Counted from the first letter of the stretch, positions 1 through 8,398 are shown. The stretch: 63,668 nucleotides of DNA from a virus (IMGVR_UViG_3300049432_000050:1-63668), one strand, 5' to 3'. Made by a program: numbers and translations. The notes: generated by a model from the sequence alone, not told the origin.

Positions 1-126
1 GGCATACAGGCGGGACGGGATGGCGTGCGTTATTGAGCAGCCTTCGCGTGGACAGACGACGATGGTGAGGTCGGTCTCGGCGGCGTACACGAAGCCTTGC
101 TGGACGCGACGGAGTTCTGTGACGTG
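1..126. repeat. Terminal direct repeat, left copy (circular assembly overlap)
   Basis: 1-126 is identical to 63531-63656. Confidence 0.97.
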
Positions 127-132
127 GGTCAT
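1..132 (-). CDS. 5' part of junction-spanning zinc-finger/coiled-coil protein (continues at 63530-63201)
   Basis: ATG at 132 (MTHVTELRRVQQGFVYAAET) is in frame with the 63201 ORF when circularised; 462 nt in total. Confidence 0.8.
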   Translation of the reverse strand, partial: MTHVTELRRVQQGFVYAAETDLTIVVCPREGCSITHAIPSRLYA

Positions 133-135
133 GGC

Positions 136-318
136 TCAGTTTCCTAGTGATTGGGCGCGTGGGTACAGGTCACGGATCGTGCTCAGCATCAACTCGGCGC
201 CGACGTCTTCGCTGATCGTGAAGTCGTAATCGTGGCCCTGCGGGACGTGGGTGCGGCCGGGCTCGGTGAGGCCGAACCGGGCGGTCGCCTGCGGCCAGTT
301 ATAGGACGTCGCAGTCAT
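136..318 (-). CDS. Hypothetical protein
   Basis: 60 aa ORF in a tightly coupled leftward operon (ATGA overlaps). Confidence 0.7.
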   Translation of the reverse strand: MTATSYNWPQATARFGLTEPGRTHVPQGHDYDFTISEDVGAELMLSTIRDLYPRAQSLGN

Positions 319-515
319 GTCTGCACCTGCACCACGGGGAGCGGCGTACGGAGGTCGACGTAGGCACCGTCGACACTCTCCTCCCTCGGACGCACATCGA
401 GAACGACGTGCGTGTGGGACCAGTCGACCGCGATCCCGTCACCGCGCTTGAGATCGCGTGGCGCCGTCGGCGTGCTCGCCTCGAAGTTGTCGATCTGCGG
501 GATGTGGAAGCTCAT
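315..515 (-). CDS. Hypothetical protein
   Basis: 66 aa, GGAG RBS, ATGA overlaps on both sides. Confidence 0.7.
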   Translation of the reverse strand: MSFHIPQIDNFEASTPTAPRDLKRGDGIAVDWSHTHVVLDVRPREESVDGAYVDLRTPLPVVQVQT

Positions 516-712
516 GGCTTCGGGGTCTCCTTGTTGAGGATGGGGGTCACGAGGCCGTCCGTGAAGCCGACGGCGTCTGCGATGGCGCGGTGCGTGAGCC
601 CGGCCGCAACGGCTTCACGGACGGCCTGGTCGCGGCCGGGACGTAGGGCTTTTTCGGTGTCTCGGGCCCGACGCCACGGGGCGGTGCGCGCCCTGAGTTC
701 GTCGGTGGTCAT
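512..712 (-). CDS. Small helix-turn-helix DNA-binding protein
   Basis: RDQAVREAVAAGLTHRAIADAVGFT HTH pattern; ATG at 712 overlaps the upstream stop. Confidence 0.7.
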   Translation of the reverse strand: MTTDELRARTAPWRRARDTEKALRPGRDQAVREAVAAGLTHRAIADAVGFTDGLVTPILNKETPKP

Positions 713-897
713 GCCAACTGCTCCAGTCGATAATGCGTCGCGGCGGTCTTGACGATGTCGTGCCGGTCGCCATGCTGCTCGCGGCTGGCGCGGCATGCGG
801 CGCGGAACGCGTCGGGGTTGAGTGCGGGGCGCAGCGCGGCGTAGATCGCGCAGGCGCTGGCCTTCTCGGTGGCGGTAAGGTTCTGTGCGTTGCTCAT
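709..897 (-). CDS. Hypothetical protein, first gene of the leftward operon (probably leaderless)
   Basis: ATG lies 6 nt after the -10 hexamer CATACT. Confidence 0.7.
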   Translation of the reverse strand: MSNAQNLTATEKASACAIYAALRPALNPDAFRAACRASREQHGDRHDIVKTAATHYRLEQLA

Positions 898-903
898 AAG
901 CTA

Positions 904-932
904 AGTATGCCTAGCGGCTGAGCGGAAGTCAA
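904..932 (-). promoter_or_regulatory. Sigma70-like leftward promoter TTGACT-N17-CATACT
   Basis: Hexamers at 932-927 and 909-904 with a 17-nt spacer. Confidence 0.75.
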
Positions 933-970
933 GGCCAAACCCCCACAAACTTCACGGGGCGGCGTACGGG

Positions 971-1117
971 CTACCGACTCGGTGGTCGCGGCAGCGGCTT
1001 CGTGATGGCGGCGCGCGTGCCGCGCTGTCCGCAACCCGGGCAACACGGGCCGGGCGTGAACAGAACCGTTCGGCAGTCCGGGGTGAGGCACCGCCAGACC
1101 CTTGGGAGCGGTGCCAT
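971..1117 (-). CDS. Small zinc-ribbon protein
   Basis: CLTPDC...CPGCG; TAGCGT 7 nt upstream of ATG. Confidence 0.5.
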   Translation of the reverse strand: MAPLPRVWRCLTPDCRTVLFTPGPCCPGCGQRGTRAAITKPLPRPPSR

Positions 1118-1139
1118 GCCGTGAACGCTAGCGTGCGGG

Positions 1140-1874
1140 TTACGGCGGTGGCGGCGGCGCGGCGGGTGGCTGGCAGACGTAGCCGAGCGACTCGTCGCAC
1201 GGCGCGGGTGGCGCCGGGGGTCCCTGCGGCCCCTGCTCGCCCGTCGCACCCTGCGGCCCTGGCGGTCCCGTGGATGCCGGGCACAAGCCGGCGGCGCACG
1301 CCGCGTTGACCTGATCCTGTGTCGGCGGCGGCGCGTCCCGGCCGTTGCACGAGCCGCCACAGAGTTCGGTGAGCGCGGCCATGAGCTCAGCGCGCGTGAC
1401 GGGCGGGGCATCCTTCCCCGGCTCGCCGTTCGCGCCGACGCACAACATCCGTCGGCACCAGACAGCGAAACCCTCAGCGACCCCCTCGGCCGTGAGTGCT
1501 GGAGCGTCCCTGCCCGCTCGTCCTGTGCTGCCTGTTCTGCCCGGCTTGCCCGTCCTGCCGCGCAGCCCGTTCAAGCCTCGCATGCCCACTCTGCCACCGG
1601 GCCCCGTAGTGCCACCGGGCCCCTGCGCCCCAACGACACGCTCGACGCATGCCTGCGGTCGCTTCGCGACGGTCAGGCAGCGGCGGGTCGCGTCATCCTT
1701 GTGCTCGTTCGTTGCGATCCGGGCACGGTTCGTCACGATGATCTCCCGGTTGGCCTTCCCCGTGGTAGCGGCCGTGTCCGCCTTGTCGGAGATAGCCAGG
1801 ATCGCGCCGCCAACGACCAGCACGGCCACCACGAACCCCGCGAAGATTCGTGCCGCAAGCCCTTGAGCTGTCAT
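1140..1874 (-). CDS. Membrane-anchored collagen-like protein
   Basis: N-terminal TM helix, Gly-X-Y runs, Cys-rich spacers, poly-Pro end. Confidence 0.85.
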   Translation of the reverse strand: MTAQGLAARIFAGFVVAVLVVGGAILAISDKADTAATTGKANREIIVTNRARIATNEHKDDATRRCLTVAKRPQACVERVVGAQGPGGTTGPGGRVGMRGLNGLRGRTGKPGRTGSTGRAGRDAPALTAEGVAEGFAVWCRRMLCVGANGEPGKDAPPVTRAELMAALTELCGGSCNGRDAPPPTQDQVNAACAAGLCPASTGPPGPQGATGEQGPQGPPAPPAPCDESLGYVCQPPAAPPPPP

Positions 1875-2629
1875 CGCGCCTCATCGGCGTCCTCGGGCGA
1901 CTGACTGGCCGCGTCGGCCGCCGTACCGGGAGGCTCGTGCGACTCGACGTCATCCGCGCGCTGCTGCTGCGCCGCTAGATCCTCAGCGACAATCGCATCC
2001 GCCGCCTCAATACGCGCACCCGACGCCTCCGTCCTAGCCCGCGACTTCTCGGCGAGCAGACCCGCCGCTTCCTGCCTGGCCCCCGACTCCTCCGTGCGCG
2101 CAGCGGACGCCACAAGATCAAGGATCTTCTCAAGGGCGTCGCGCGCCAGATCGCGGTCCCCGCGCGCGAGCCTACGATCCTCCTTAGCGAGCTCCCGCAC
2201 CGTCCCCATCTCGATCTGAAGCGCCGTGATGCTCTCCCGGTTGGCCCGAGCGAACTCGACGGCCGCGAGCCTGTTCTCCTCCGCTGCGATCCTGCTCGCC
2301 TGCGCGTGCTCCTCGAGCCTGTTCGTCGTGTCCTTCAGCGTTGACCCCGAGTCCGTCCGGAACTGCCCCGCGATCTCATTGAGAACCTCCAGCACCGGAG
2401 CGAGCTGCGCGAGCAGCTTCATGTACTGGATGTTCGGAACGACCTCCTCGTTGAAGACCGTGATCCCTTTCGCGGCCGGCAGGATCACCTTCCACAGCAG
2501 GAACGCGAGCGCAGCGAGCAGCCCGGCGGCGCCGAGGATGTAGCCGATGCCTTGGCTGAGAACTGACGCCTCCAGACCGCGAAGGGTACTCGCTGCCCCC
2601 GGGCCGCGTACTAGTCTGTGTAGCCGCAC
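1871..2629 (-). CDS. Membrane protein with long coiled coil (start uncertain: GTG 2629 or CTG 2575)
   Basis: TM segment GIGYILGAAGLLAALAFLLW, then FRTDSGSTLKD motif typical of actinophage lysis-region membrane proteins. Confidence 0.7.
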   Translation of the reverse strand: MRLHRLVRGPGAASTLRGLEASVLSQGIGYILGAAGLLAALAFLLWKVILPAAKGITVFNEEVVPNIQYMKLLAQLAPVLEVLNEIAGQFRTDSGSTLKDTTNRLEEHAQASRIAAEENRLAAVEFARANRESITALQIEMGTVRELAKEDRRLARGDRDLARDALEKILDLVASAARTEESGARQEAAGLLAEKSRARTEASGARIEAADAIVAEDLAAQQQRADDVESHEPPGTAADAASQSPEDADEAR

Positions 2630-2667
2630 GCCACCTACTATCCGGCGCGTCACGGAGAGGACAAGGC

Positions 2668-2865
2668 ATGGCTCAGCAGGCCCGCAAGCCCGACGACCTC
2701 GGTGGCTGGGGACCCAAAGCCTGGGACCAGCTGCGCGCCGACGTCGACTGGGTGATCGGCGTGATGCGAGCCCGCATGGAAAAGGGGCCACCGTGGTTCC
2801 TGATCCTCAGTGGGTGCATCGTCCCGATCGTGATCGCGGTCATCGCGACATCCCCCTGGAAATGA
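2668..2865 (+). CDS. Small membrane protein
   Basis: GGAGAGG RBS; C-terminal TM helix. Confidence 0.7.
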   Translation: MAQQARKPDDLGGWGPKAWDQLRADVDWVIGVMRARMEKGPPWFLILSGCIVPIVIAVIATSPWK

Positions 2866-3527
2866 GACCCGTCGCTGGGATCCGTCGACACCTTCGGCGC
2901 CGTGTCGAACCGACCGTCGGGCACTACGCCCTGCTGGGCCTGCTGATCGGGCTCGTCGGCGCGTCCACGATCGTCATCGGGGCGCTCGCGCTCAACGAAT
3001 TCCAGCACCAGCGCGAAGCCCGCGTCGCTGACCAGCTCGCGTTCACCGCCACGAAAAGCGACGTCGCGAAACTCAAGCGCGACCTGCAGGCATACGCGCG
3101 GGCGCAAGCCCCGACGGACCGGGAGATCGCGGACGCCGTCGTCTACCGATTGAAGGTGTGCCTCCGAACCCCGGTGTGCCACGGACAGGTCGTCAGGCTC
3201 ATCAACCGCGTCGTCCGCGTCACGAACAACCGCATCGTCCCCGCGCCCGCGAACGGAACCCCGGCCGCGCCGGGACCGGCGCCGGCGCGCACGATCGTCG
3301 TGCAAGGCCAGCCCGGAAAGCCCGGTCGCGACGGGGCGCCCGGGACACCAGGACGCGCGGGCAAACCCGGCGGCGCCGGGACCGTGGACAGCAACCTCGT
3401 CGACGGCCTCGACAACCGCATCGCCGACCTCGAGAGCGCGCTGCAGGGCGTCGTGGGTCGCGTCGCGGTCCTCGACCGGCTCGTCGGTGCGCTGTGTCGC
3501 CTGCTGACCCCCGGCAAGTGCGCGTGA
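2862..3527 (+). CDS. Membrane-anchored collagen-like protein
   Basis: ATGA coupling; TM helix, Gly-X-Y run, C-terminal coiled coil. Confidence 0.8.
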   Translation: MRPVAGIRRHLRRRVEPTVGHYALLGLLIGLVGASTIVIGALALNEFQHQREARVADQLAFTATKSDVAKLKRDLQAYARAQAPTDREIADAVVYRLKVCLRTPVCHGQVVRLINRVVRVTNNRIVPAPANGTPAAPGPAPARTIVVQGQPGKPGRDGAPGTPGRAGKPGGAGTVDSNLVDGLDNRIADLESALQGVVGRVAVLDRLVGALCRLLTPGKCA

Positions 3528-3589
3528 AACCGGTGCCGCTGCCGCGCGTACGATGAACGCGACCGTACCCACAGACCGGGGGAGACCCA

Positions 3590-3760
3590 TTGCCAGCCAA
3601 ACCAGTCGCGAAGATCCAAGCCGTCGGCGCGGGCGGCGCCGCAGGAATCATCCTCGTCGCCGTCGCCGGCGCAGTCGGCCTTGACCTCGCCCCGGAGGTC
3701 GCGGCGGCCGTCGTGACGCTCCTCACGTTCGGCGCGGGCTACCTCAAGCGCGGCGCGTGA
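3590..3760 (+). CDS. Putative holin (56 aa, two TM helices; not in the ORF track)
   Basis: GGAG RBS + TTG; MPAKPVAKIQAVGAGGAAGIILVAVAGAVGLDLAPEVAAAVVTLLTFGAGYLKRGA, just upstream of the endolysin. Confidence 0.7.
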   Translation: MPAKPVAKIQAVGAGGAAGIILVAVAGAVGLDLAPEVAAAVVTLLTFGAGYLKRGA

Positions 3761-3936
3761 TGCTCAGCATCCTGAAGCGAATCCTCGGGCCGCACGACGA
3801 CACCGCCGCCCCGGAGCTCGACGACCCCGACCACATCGACGGGGAACCAGAACTCACAGACGAAGACCTCGCCGGCCGCCTGGAGGACGTCGAGCCGCTG
3901 ACGTCGCATGTCAACCTGAAAGACGAGGATGCGTGA
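3760..3936 (+). CDS. Small acidic protein (58 aa; not in the ORF track)
   Basis: TGATG and GTGA coupling on both sides; MLSILKRILGPHDD... Confidence 0.6.
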   Translation: MLSILKRILGPHDDTAAPELDDPDHIDGEPELTDEDLAGRLEDVEPLTSHVNLKDEDA

Positions 3937-4475
3937 GCCGCTACACCCCGCACGTCGTTCACCGCCGCCGCTCACCCAACCAATCAAGCCGCGGCGGCGC
4001 GAGACCCCGCATCATCGTCCTGCACTCCACCGAGGGCAGCAACATCCCTGGGTCGAGCGCGGACCTGATCGGCTGCACCAGCTTTCTGTGCCAGCCCGGC
4101 GTGCAAGCCTCGTCGCACGTCATCGTCGACGGCGACGGCCACAGCGCGCGTCTCGTGGCCGACGAGGCGAAGAGTTGGGCGCAGGCGCGGTACAACCCGT
4201 TCGCGCTGAGCATCGAACAGATCGGGCACGCCGCCTCCGAGCACTGGACGCGCAACGAGATCCGCGAGACCGCCAGATGGATCGCACGGTGGTCGAAGCG
4301 ATGGAACATCCCGATCCGGCAGGGCGCCGTCAACGGCGGGTTCGTCACGAAACCGGGGGTCGTCACGCACAAGCAGCTCGGCGTGCTCGGCGGCGGCCAC
4401 GTCGACCCAGGCCCCCGCTACCCGTTCGAAGCGACACTGCGGCTCGCCCGGTTCTACCGCAGCAAGCTCGGCTAG
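3933..4475 (+). CDS. Endolysin, N-acetylmuramoyl-L-alanine amidase (Amidase_2 type)
   Basis: IVLHSTEG, ASSH, SIEQIG, VVTH...GHVDPG motifs. Confidence 0.9.
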   Translation: MSRYTPHVVHRRRSPNQSSRGGARPRIIVLHSTEGSNIPGSSADLIGCTSFLCQPGVQASSHVIVDGDGHSARLVADEAKSWAQARYNPFALSIEQIGHAASEHWTRNEIRETARWIARWSKRWNIPIRQGAVNGGFVTKPGVVTHKQLGVLGGGHVDPGPRYPFEATLRLARFYRSKLG

Positions 4476-4643
4476 GTGCCCGTCACCCTGGAGCAGCGCG
4501 TCGCGGCGCTCGAGCGGTCCGTGCGCGAGATCGCTGAGACGGTCGCGGAGCTCGCCCGTGACCGCAAGGCGATCGTGCGGATGACAGCCGTCGTCGGCCG
4601 CCACCCCGATACCGCCGTGGTCGAGACGCAGCTCGACCCGTAG
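4476..4643 (+). CDS. Small coiled-coil protein
   Basis: 55 aa ORF directly after the endolysin stop (LEQRVAALERSV). Confidence 0.55.
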   Translation: MPVTLEQRVAALERSVREIAETVAELARDRKAIVRMTAVVGRHPDTAVVETQLDP

Positions 4644-4651
4644 CCTGAACG

Positions 4652-4686
4652 GCAACGACCCGCCGGAGGAGACGGCGGGCCGTTGC
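4652..4686 (+). terminator. GC-rich hairpin ending the lysis operon
   Basis: GCAACGACCCGCCG / CGGCGGGCCGTTGC inverted repeat. Confidence 0.55.
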
Positions 4687-4843
4687 TAGCGCTGTTAGTC
4701 TTCCGAGATTGGCCCGGTGCGGTTCGAGCCGCCCGGGACCTGACATCTACGAAAGGTGGAGGTTTCGTGACGTCGTTCCCTGAGAGTACCCGATGCGCAG
4801 GCGCTGCACGTTGCCGTTCCGTTAGACCACGGCACACCGGCTC

Positions 4844-5479
4844 GTGACCGGCGCACCGAACCTCCGTGTCATCACCGGCGAAGGTGAGATCGCAGAAGAC
4901 CTCACCGCCATTCCGAGCGACGAAGCCGTCCTCGTCGAGCGCCTGAAGAAAGCGGGCCGGGAGATCGCCGCGCTAAAGGGCCAGATCGCAAGGCTCGCCG
5001 CTGCGGACCCGAACGCTGAGACCGTCACCGCGCTGCTACAGCACTGGCAGAAGACGTGCGGTCACCCACGAGCGAAGATCCCGCTGGACGGCGTCAGAGC
5101 AGACGCCGCACGGAAGATGCTCAAAGCGAAGTACACCCCGGAGCAGCTGCGGTTCGTGATCGATGTCGCCGCAGAACAACCCTGGATGGGGGACTACGGG
5201 CAACGCTTCACCGAGCCCGGCGACGGCCGCAAACGCCGAGACGAGCTCACGCTGCTGTTCCGCGACGAGAAGCACGTCGAAGACCTCATCCGCCTCGGGA
5301 CGGGCGCGAACACCCTGCGGGAATATCGCCGGTTCGTGCACCGCCTCGTCCAAGAACACCCCAAGCTCGTGACCGCGCTCGCGTTGCTCGCCGCCCGCGA
5401 ACCAGTCCGCGGCGAAGTCCTCGCATCCGCCGCGATGTGGGCAAAAGGAGAGGTGACGCGCAATGCAGATCACCGATGA
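4844..5479 (+). CDS. Protein resembling the C-terminal domain of phage replication initiators
   Basis: LLQHWQKTCGHPRAK...YTPEQLRFVID...PWMG...LTLLFRD pattern. Confidence 0.55.
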   Translation: MTGAPNLRVITGEGEIAEDLTAIPSDEAVLVERLKKAGREIAALKGQIARLAAADPNAETVTALLQHWQKTCGHPRAKIPLDGVRADAARKMLKAKYTPEQLRFVIDVAAEQPWMGDYGQRFTEPGDGRKRRDELTLLFRDEKHVEDLIRLGTGANTLREYRRFVHRLVQEHPKLVTALALLAAREPVRGEVLASAAMWAKGEVTRNADHR

Positions 5480-5660
5480 CGCGTGGCCACCCTGGAGGCC
5501 CGGGGCGCCGCAGGCACGCTGCCAGGGATCGTCATGCACCCCCGACGGATGCTCCGGAATGCTCGTCGTCGCGAGCACCCTCATCGATGGGTTGTGTGCC
5601 GCGTGCGCCCGGACCGTCGATACCGCGGACCGCGAGCTACGGCTAGGAGTCGACGAATGA
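5463..5660 (+). CDS. Small Cys-rich hypothetical protein
   Basis: GGAGAGG RBS; CxxC motifs. Confidence 0.55.
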   Translation: MQITDDAWPPWRPGAPQARCQGSSCTPDGCSGMLVVASTLIDGLCAACARTVDTADRELRLGVDE

Positions 5661-5947
5661 GCGCGCACCCCGACTACGTGCCCGCCGCCGAATGGGCATC
5701 GTGGGAAGCGGAACGCGAGCAACGCAACCGCGACAACGACAAGGCTATCCGCGAGCTCCAACGCCGCGTGAACGCCGCGAGGATCCCGTGCCTGATCGAC
5801 CGCGTAGAGGACGCAGAGAACAGGACATACCTCGTAACCGAAGCGATGCTCGCCGCGCTCCAACTGCTCGCGGAAACCCGGGAACGACTCGCGGACACCG
5901 AGCAACTCCTATCGGACGTGATCCGCGAACGCCGCGAGCCGTCGTGA
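5657..5947 (+). CDS. Hypothetical coiled-coil protein
   Basis: AGGAG RBS, ATGA coupling. Confidence 0.65.
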   Translation: MSAHPDYVPAAEWASWEAEREQRNRDNDKAIRELQRRVNAARIPCLIDRVEDAENRTYLVTEAMLAALQLLAETRERLADTEQLLSDVIRERREPS

Positions 5948-6261
5948 GCATCCACGTCATGTCCTGGGTGCTACGGCACTCCGAGGAGAGCGTGTCCGGC
6001 CGCCGACTCGTCCTCCTCGTACTGGCCGACCACGCGCACGAGGACGGCACCTGCTCATGGCCGAGCATCGCGACGATCGCGAAGGAAACACGCATGAGCG
6101 AACGCGGCGCGCAATACGCCCTGCGGAAGCTCGAGCAGGCCGGCCGAATAGTCCGCGAGGGCTGGTCGACGCACAAGACGACGAGCTACCGCGTGATCAT
6201 GGAGGAGCCCCCTCCAACGCAACTACTCGCGGCCGAAATCGACCGTCGCGAGCCCTTCTAG
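5944..6261 (+). CDS. Winged-helix protein of the replication-initiator N-terminal type (HTH_36-like)
   Basis: MSIHVMSWV...RLVLLVLADHA..DG.CSWPSIATIAKETRMSER. Confidence 0.8.
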   Translation: MSIHVMSWVLRHSEESVSGRRLVLLVLADHAHEDGTCSWPSIATIAKETRMSERGAQYALRKLEQAGRIVREGWSTHKTTSYRVIMEEPPPTQLLAAEIDRREPF

Positions 6262-6263
6262 GG

Positions 6264-6303
6264 GGGGTGCACTCTGTGCACCCTTGTGCGCCATATTGCA
6301 CCC
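6264..6303. other. Candidate replication origin / iteron-like palindrome
   Basis: GGGTGCAC-TCT-GTGCACCC plus a further TGCACCC, directly after the HTH gene; strand composition shifts nearby. Confidence 0.45.
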
Positions 6304-6419
6304 TAACCGTCCTAACAGCACGTATGGGCTTAGCGCCACTGGCGTTCCATCCATCGTTCGGGGATTGCAGTTTGAGCGCTGTGGTCGTGCGCGCGACGCA
6401 AACTTTTGGCCGGTTCGCC

Positions 6420-6447
6420 TTGACTTCCGCGCCCCGGTCACTAAAGT
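6420..6447 (+). promoter_or_regulatory. Sigma70-like rightward early promoter TTGACT-N16-TAAAGT
   Basis: Upstream of the long + strand operon; shares 14 bp with the promoter at 922-935. Confidence 0.6.
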
Positions 6448-6521
6448 GTGTTTTGCCTACTCCACGATGGATGCGGCGCAGCCGCCCAGCCGGGCGGGAG
6501 AACCACAGCGAAAGGCAGGGC

Positions 6522-6743
6522 ATGAACATCGAAATCGGCATGAGCCGAGTGGGCCTCCGTAGTTTCGCGAACGACATCCTCACGGCGTGCGACGAGCACT
6601 CGGAGGGCCAAGGCATCGAGGTTTGCCTGACCGCTCAGCCGAACGGGAGCGGTCCCGAGTTGACGATCACGCTCGACAACGACGACATGGAAGACCGCGA
6701 TGATCTGTCGGACGACGTCGCGTACTGGACGCTGAACGCGTGA
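6522..6743 (+). CDS. Hypothetical acidic protein
   Basis: GAAAGG RBS; first gene of the operon. Confidence 0.7.
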   Translation: MNIEIGMSRVGLRSFANDILTACDEHSEGQGIEVCLTAQPNGSGPELTITLDNDDMEDRDDLSDDVAYWTLNA

Positions 6744-6967
6744 TGCTGACCCCGATCGTCACGGAGCCGGGAGACCGCGCCCGCCGTGCGTATCGCCGGG
6801 AGATCCGGTCCGCGCTGAAGATCGGTGTGCACCCGACGGATGTCGCGGTTGTCGTCACGGCGTTCGCTGGTGAGCGCCCGGAGCCGGAGGAACTGCGGTG
6901 CGCGCTGGAGCAGTACGTCCCGGCGCTGATGCTGGTCGACGCGAGCGACGAGGAGCACCGGCGATGA
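6740..6967 (+). CDS. Hypothetical protein
   Basis: Coupled ORF. Confidence 0.6.
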   Translation: MMLTPIVTEPGDRARRAYRREIRSALKIGVHPTDVAVVVTAFAGERPEPEELRCALEQYVPALMLVDASDEEHRR

Positions 6968-7176
6968 GCACCGGGACGTCGAAGCCGTGGAAGTTCCCGA
7001 TGCCGCCACGAACCGCGGACGAACAGGCGCGGTGGGATGTGGAGGATCAGCGTCGCCGTGACCGGCAGGCGAGCATGGTCACGGGCGTAACTGCGGCCGA
7101 CATGCCGGGACCGTGCGCACTCGCCGTGCTCGTCGCGGGTGCCGCTGTGTGCGGCTGGCTCGGCCGGGGCGCGTGA
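6964..7176 (+). CDS. Small membrane protein
   Basis: GAGGAG RBS; C-terminal TM helix. Confidence 0.6.
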   Translation: MSTGTSKPWKFPMPPRTADEQARWDVEDQRRRDRQASMVTGVTAADMPGPCALAVLVAGAAVCGWLGRGA

Positions 7177-7361
7177 TGTCCGTTCTTCTTCATCGACCCG
7201 TGCTGCTGATCGTCGCGCTTGTCCTGTCGACAGTCGGCACGGTGCCGTTCGTCGGCTGGACGTGGGCGATCGTCCTGAACGTGGCGATGCTGCCGCTGAC
7301 AGCCGCGCTGGGCGTCGTCGTGGGATTCGTCGCTGGGAAGGCCCGGCGCGGCAAGTCCTGA
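7176..7361 (+). CDS. Small membrane protein (two TM helices)
   Basis: Hydrophobic 61 aa ORF with basic tail. Confidence 0.6.
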   Translation: MSVLLHRPVLLIVALVLSTVGTVPFVGWTWAIVLNVAMLPLTAALGVVVGFVAGKARRGKS

Positions 7362-7368
7362 AAGCAGA

Positions 7369-7400
7369 CCGGCCCCCGCCTAAGGCAGGGCGGGGGCCGG
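7369..7400 (+). terminator. GC-rich hairpin
   Basis: CCGGCCCCCGCC / GGCGGGGGCCGG 12-bp stem in an intergenic gap. Confidence 0.5.
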
Positions 7401-7430
7401 GAGAACCATTCAACCGAGAACCGAGGGCTC

Positions 7431-7742
7431 GTGATCGAAGGCGCACGCATCATATCCGTATCACACCAACAGCAGCCGTTGACGGCGCTGCAGACCGCTG
7501 AACGACGGCTCGCGCGTGCCCTGGAGGCGCGTGGGATCGCTGAGGCGGTGGAGCAGTCCGCGGAGACGAACATCGTTCGCCACGGCGGCCCGGACAAGGC
7601 GTCGGCGTACCTGATCAGTCGTTGGATGCGGTCGCATGAGCGCGTGTTCATCTGCGACGTGGAGGTGCGGCGCTGGAACACGAGGCTGGAGGCGGCGATG
7701 GTGGCCGAGCACACGAACGGAGGACGGGCAAATGGACGTTGA
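7431..7742 (+). CDS. Hypothetical protein
   Basis: 103 aa ORF with GAGG RBS. Confidence 0.65.
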   Translation: MIEGARIISVSHQQQPLTALQTAERRLARALEARGIAEAVEQSAETNIVRHGGPDKASAYLISRWMRSHERVFICDVEVRRWNTRLEAAMVAEHTNGGRANGR

Positions 7743-8046
7743 CCGCATCATGCTGTTCGAGGGAGCCGAGGGCGACCCCGCGACGGGCGACGGGTGGCTG
7801 CCGAGCGTCTGGCTCGAGCGCGACGGGACCGACCTGTACCTCGGAGTCAATGAAGAGGTAGCGGGCGTCGCGGAAGGTGTACCTCGCGACGCGTTTGATG
7901 CGATCCGTGCGCGCCAGTTGACAGGCGCCGAGCGGCGCGTCCTGCTCGCCGCCGTGATGGGCGACCACATGAACCCGGACGACCTCAACACCGCCGTCGC
8001 AAAGCTCGAATCGGTGCTCGACGAGGACGGAGGACAGTCAGCATGA
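7732..8046 (+). CDS. Hypothetical protein
   Basis: GGAGGA RBS. Confidence 0.7.
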   Translation: MDVDRIMLFEGAEGDPATGDGWLPSVWLERDGTDLYLGVNEEVAGVAEGVPRDAFDAIRARQLTGAERRVLLAAVMGDHMNPDDLNTAVAKLESVLDEDGGQSA

Positions 8047-8267
8047 ACGTGTTCAGGTTGCAGCGGGAGGCAAGGGCCCGGTCGCATGAGGCGACGGTCG
8101 CCCACGACCGCGGAGACTGGACGGAGGCCGCGCAATTGCGCAACGAGGCCACGGACCTGTGGGGGGCCGCGACCGAGCGGTGGCGCGTCTGGGAAGGGCG
8201 ACTCGTGCTCGTCGTGGCCGTGTCCGCGATCGTGTGCATCGCGGCGGTCGGCGGGTGGGTGGCATGA
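8043..8267 (+). CDS. Small membrane protein
   Basis: GGAGGA RBS; C-terminal TM helix. Confidence 0.65.
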   Translation: MNVFRLQREARARSHEATVAHDRGDWTEAAQLRNEATDLWGAATERWRVWEGRLVLVVAVSAIVCIAAVGGWVA

Positions 8268-8398
8268 CCCTCGTTCTGCTCGTTCTGCTCGTCGTGTCTC
8301 TGCTCGGCATCCTCGTCCTGGACGCGCTGCTGCGTGGCTGGGGCGACACCCGGCAGACCCCGTACCCCGCACCCCGCGACTCAGGAGATCTGCCATGA
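8264..8398 (+). CDS. Small membrane protein
   Basis: Leu/Val-rich helix; ATGA coupling. Confidence 0.55.
   Translation: MTLVLLVLLVVSLLGILVLDALLRGWGDTRQTPYPAPRDSGDLP

Noticed and set aside
4712-4745. GGTTCGAGCC resembling a tRNA T-arm
   Set aside because: No acceptor stem, D-arm or anticodon arm can be built; treated as part of a leader motif instead
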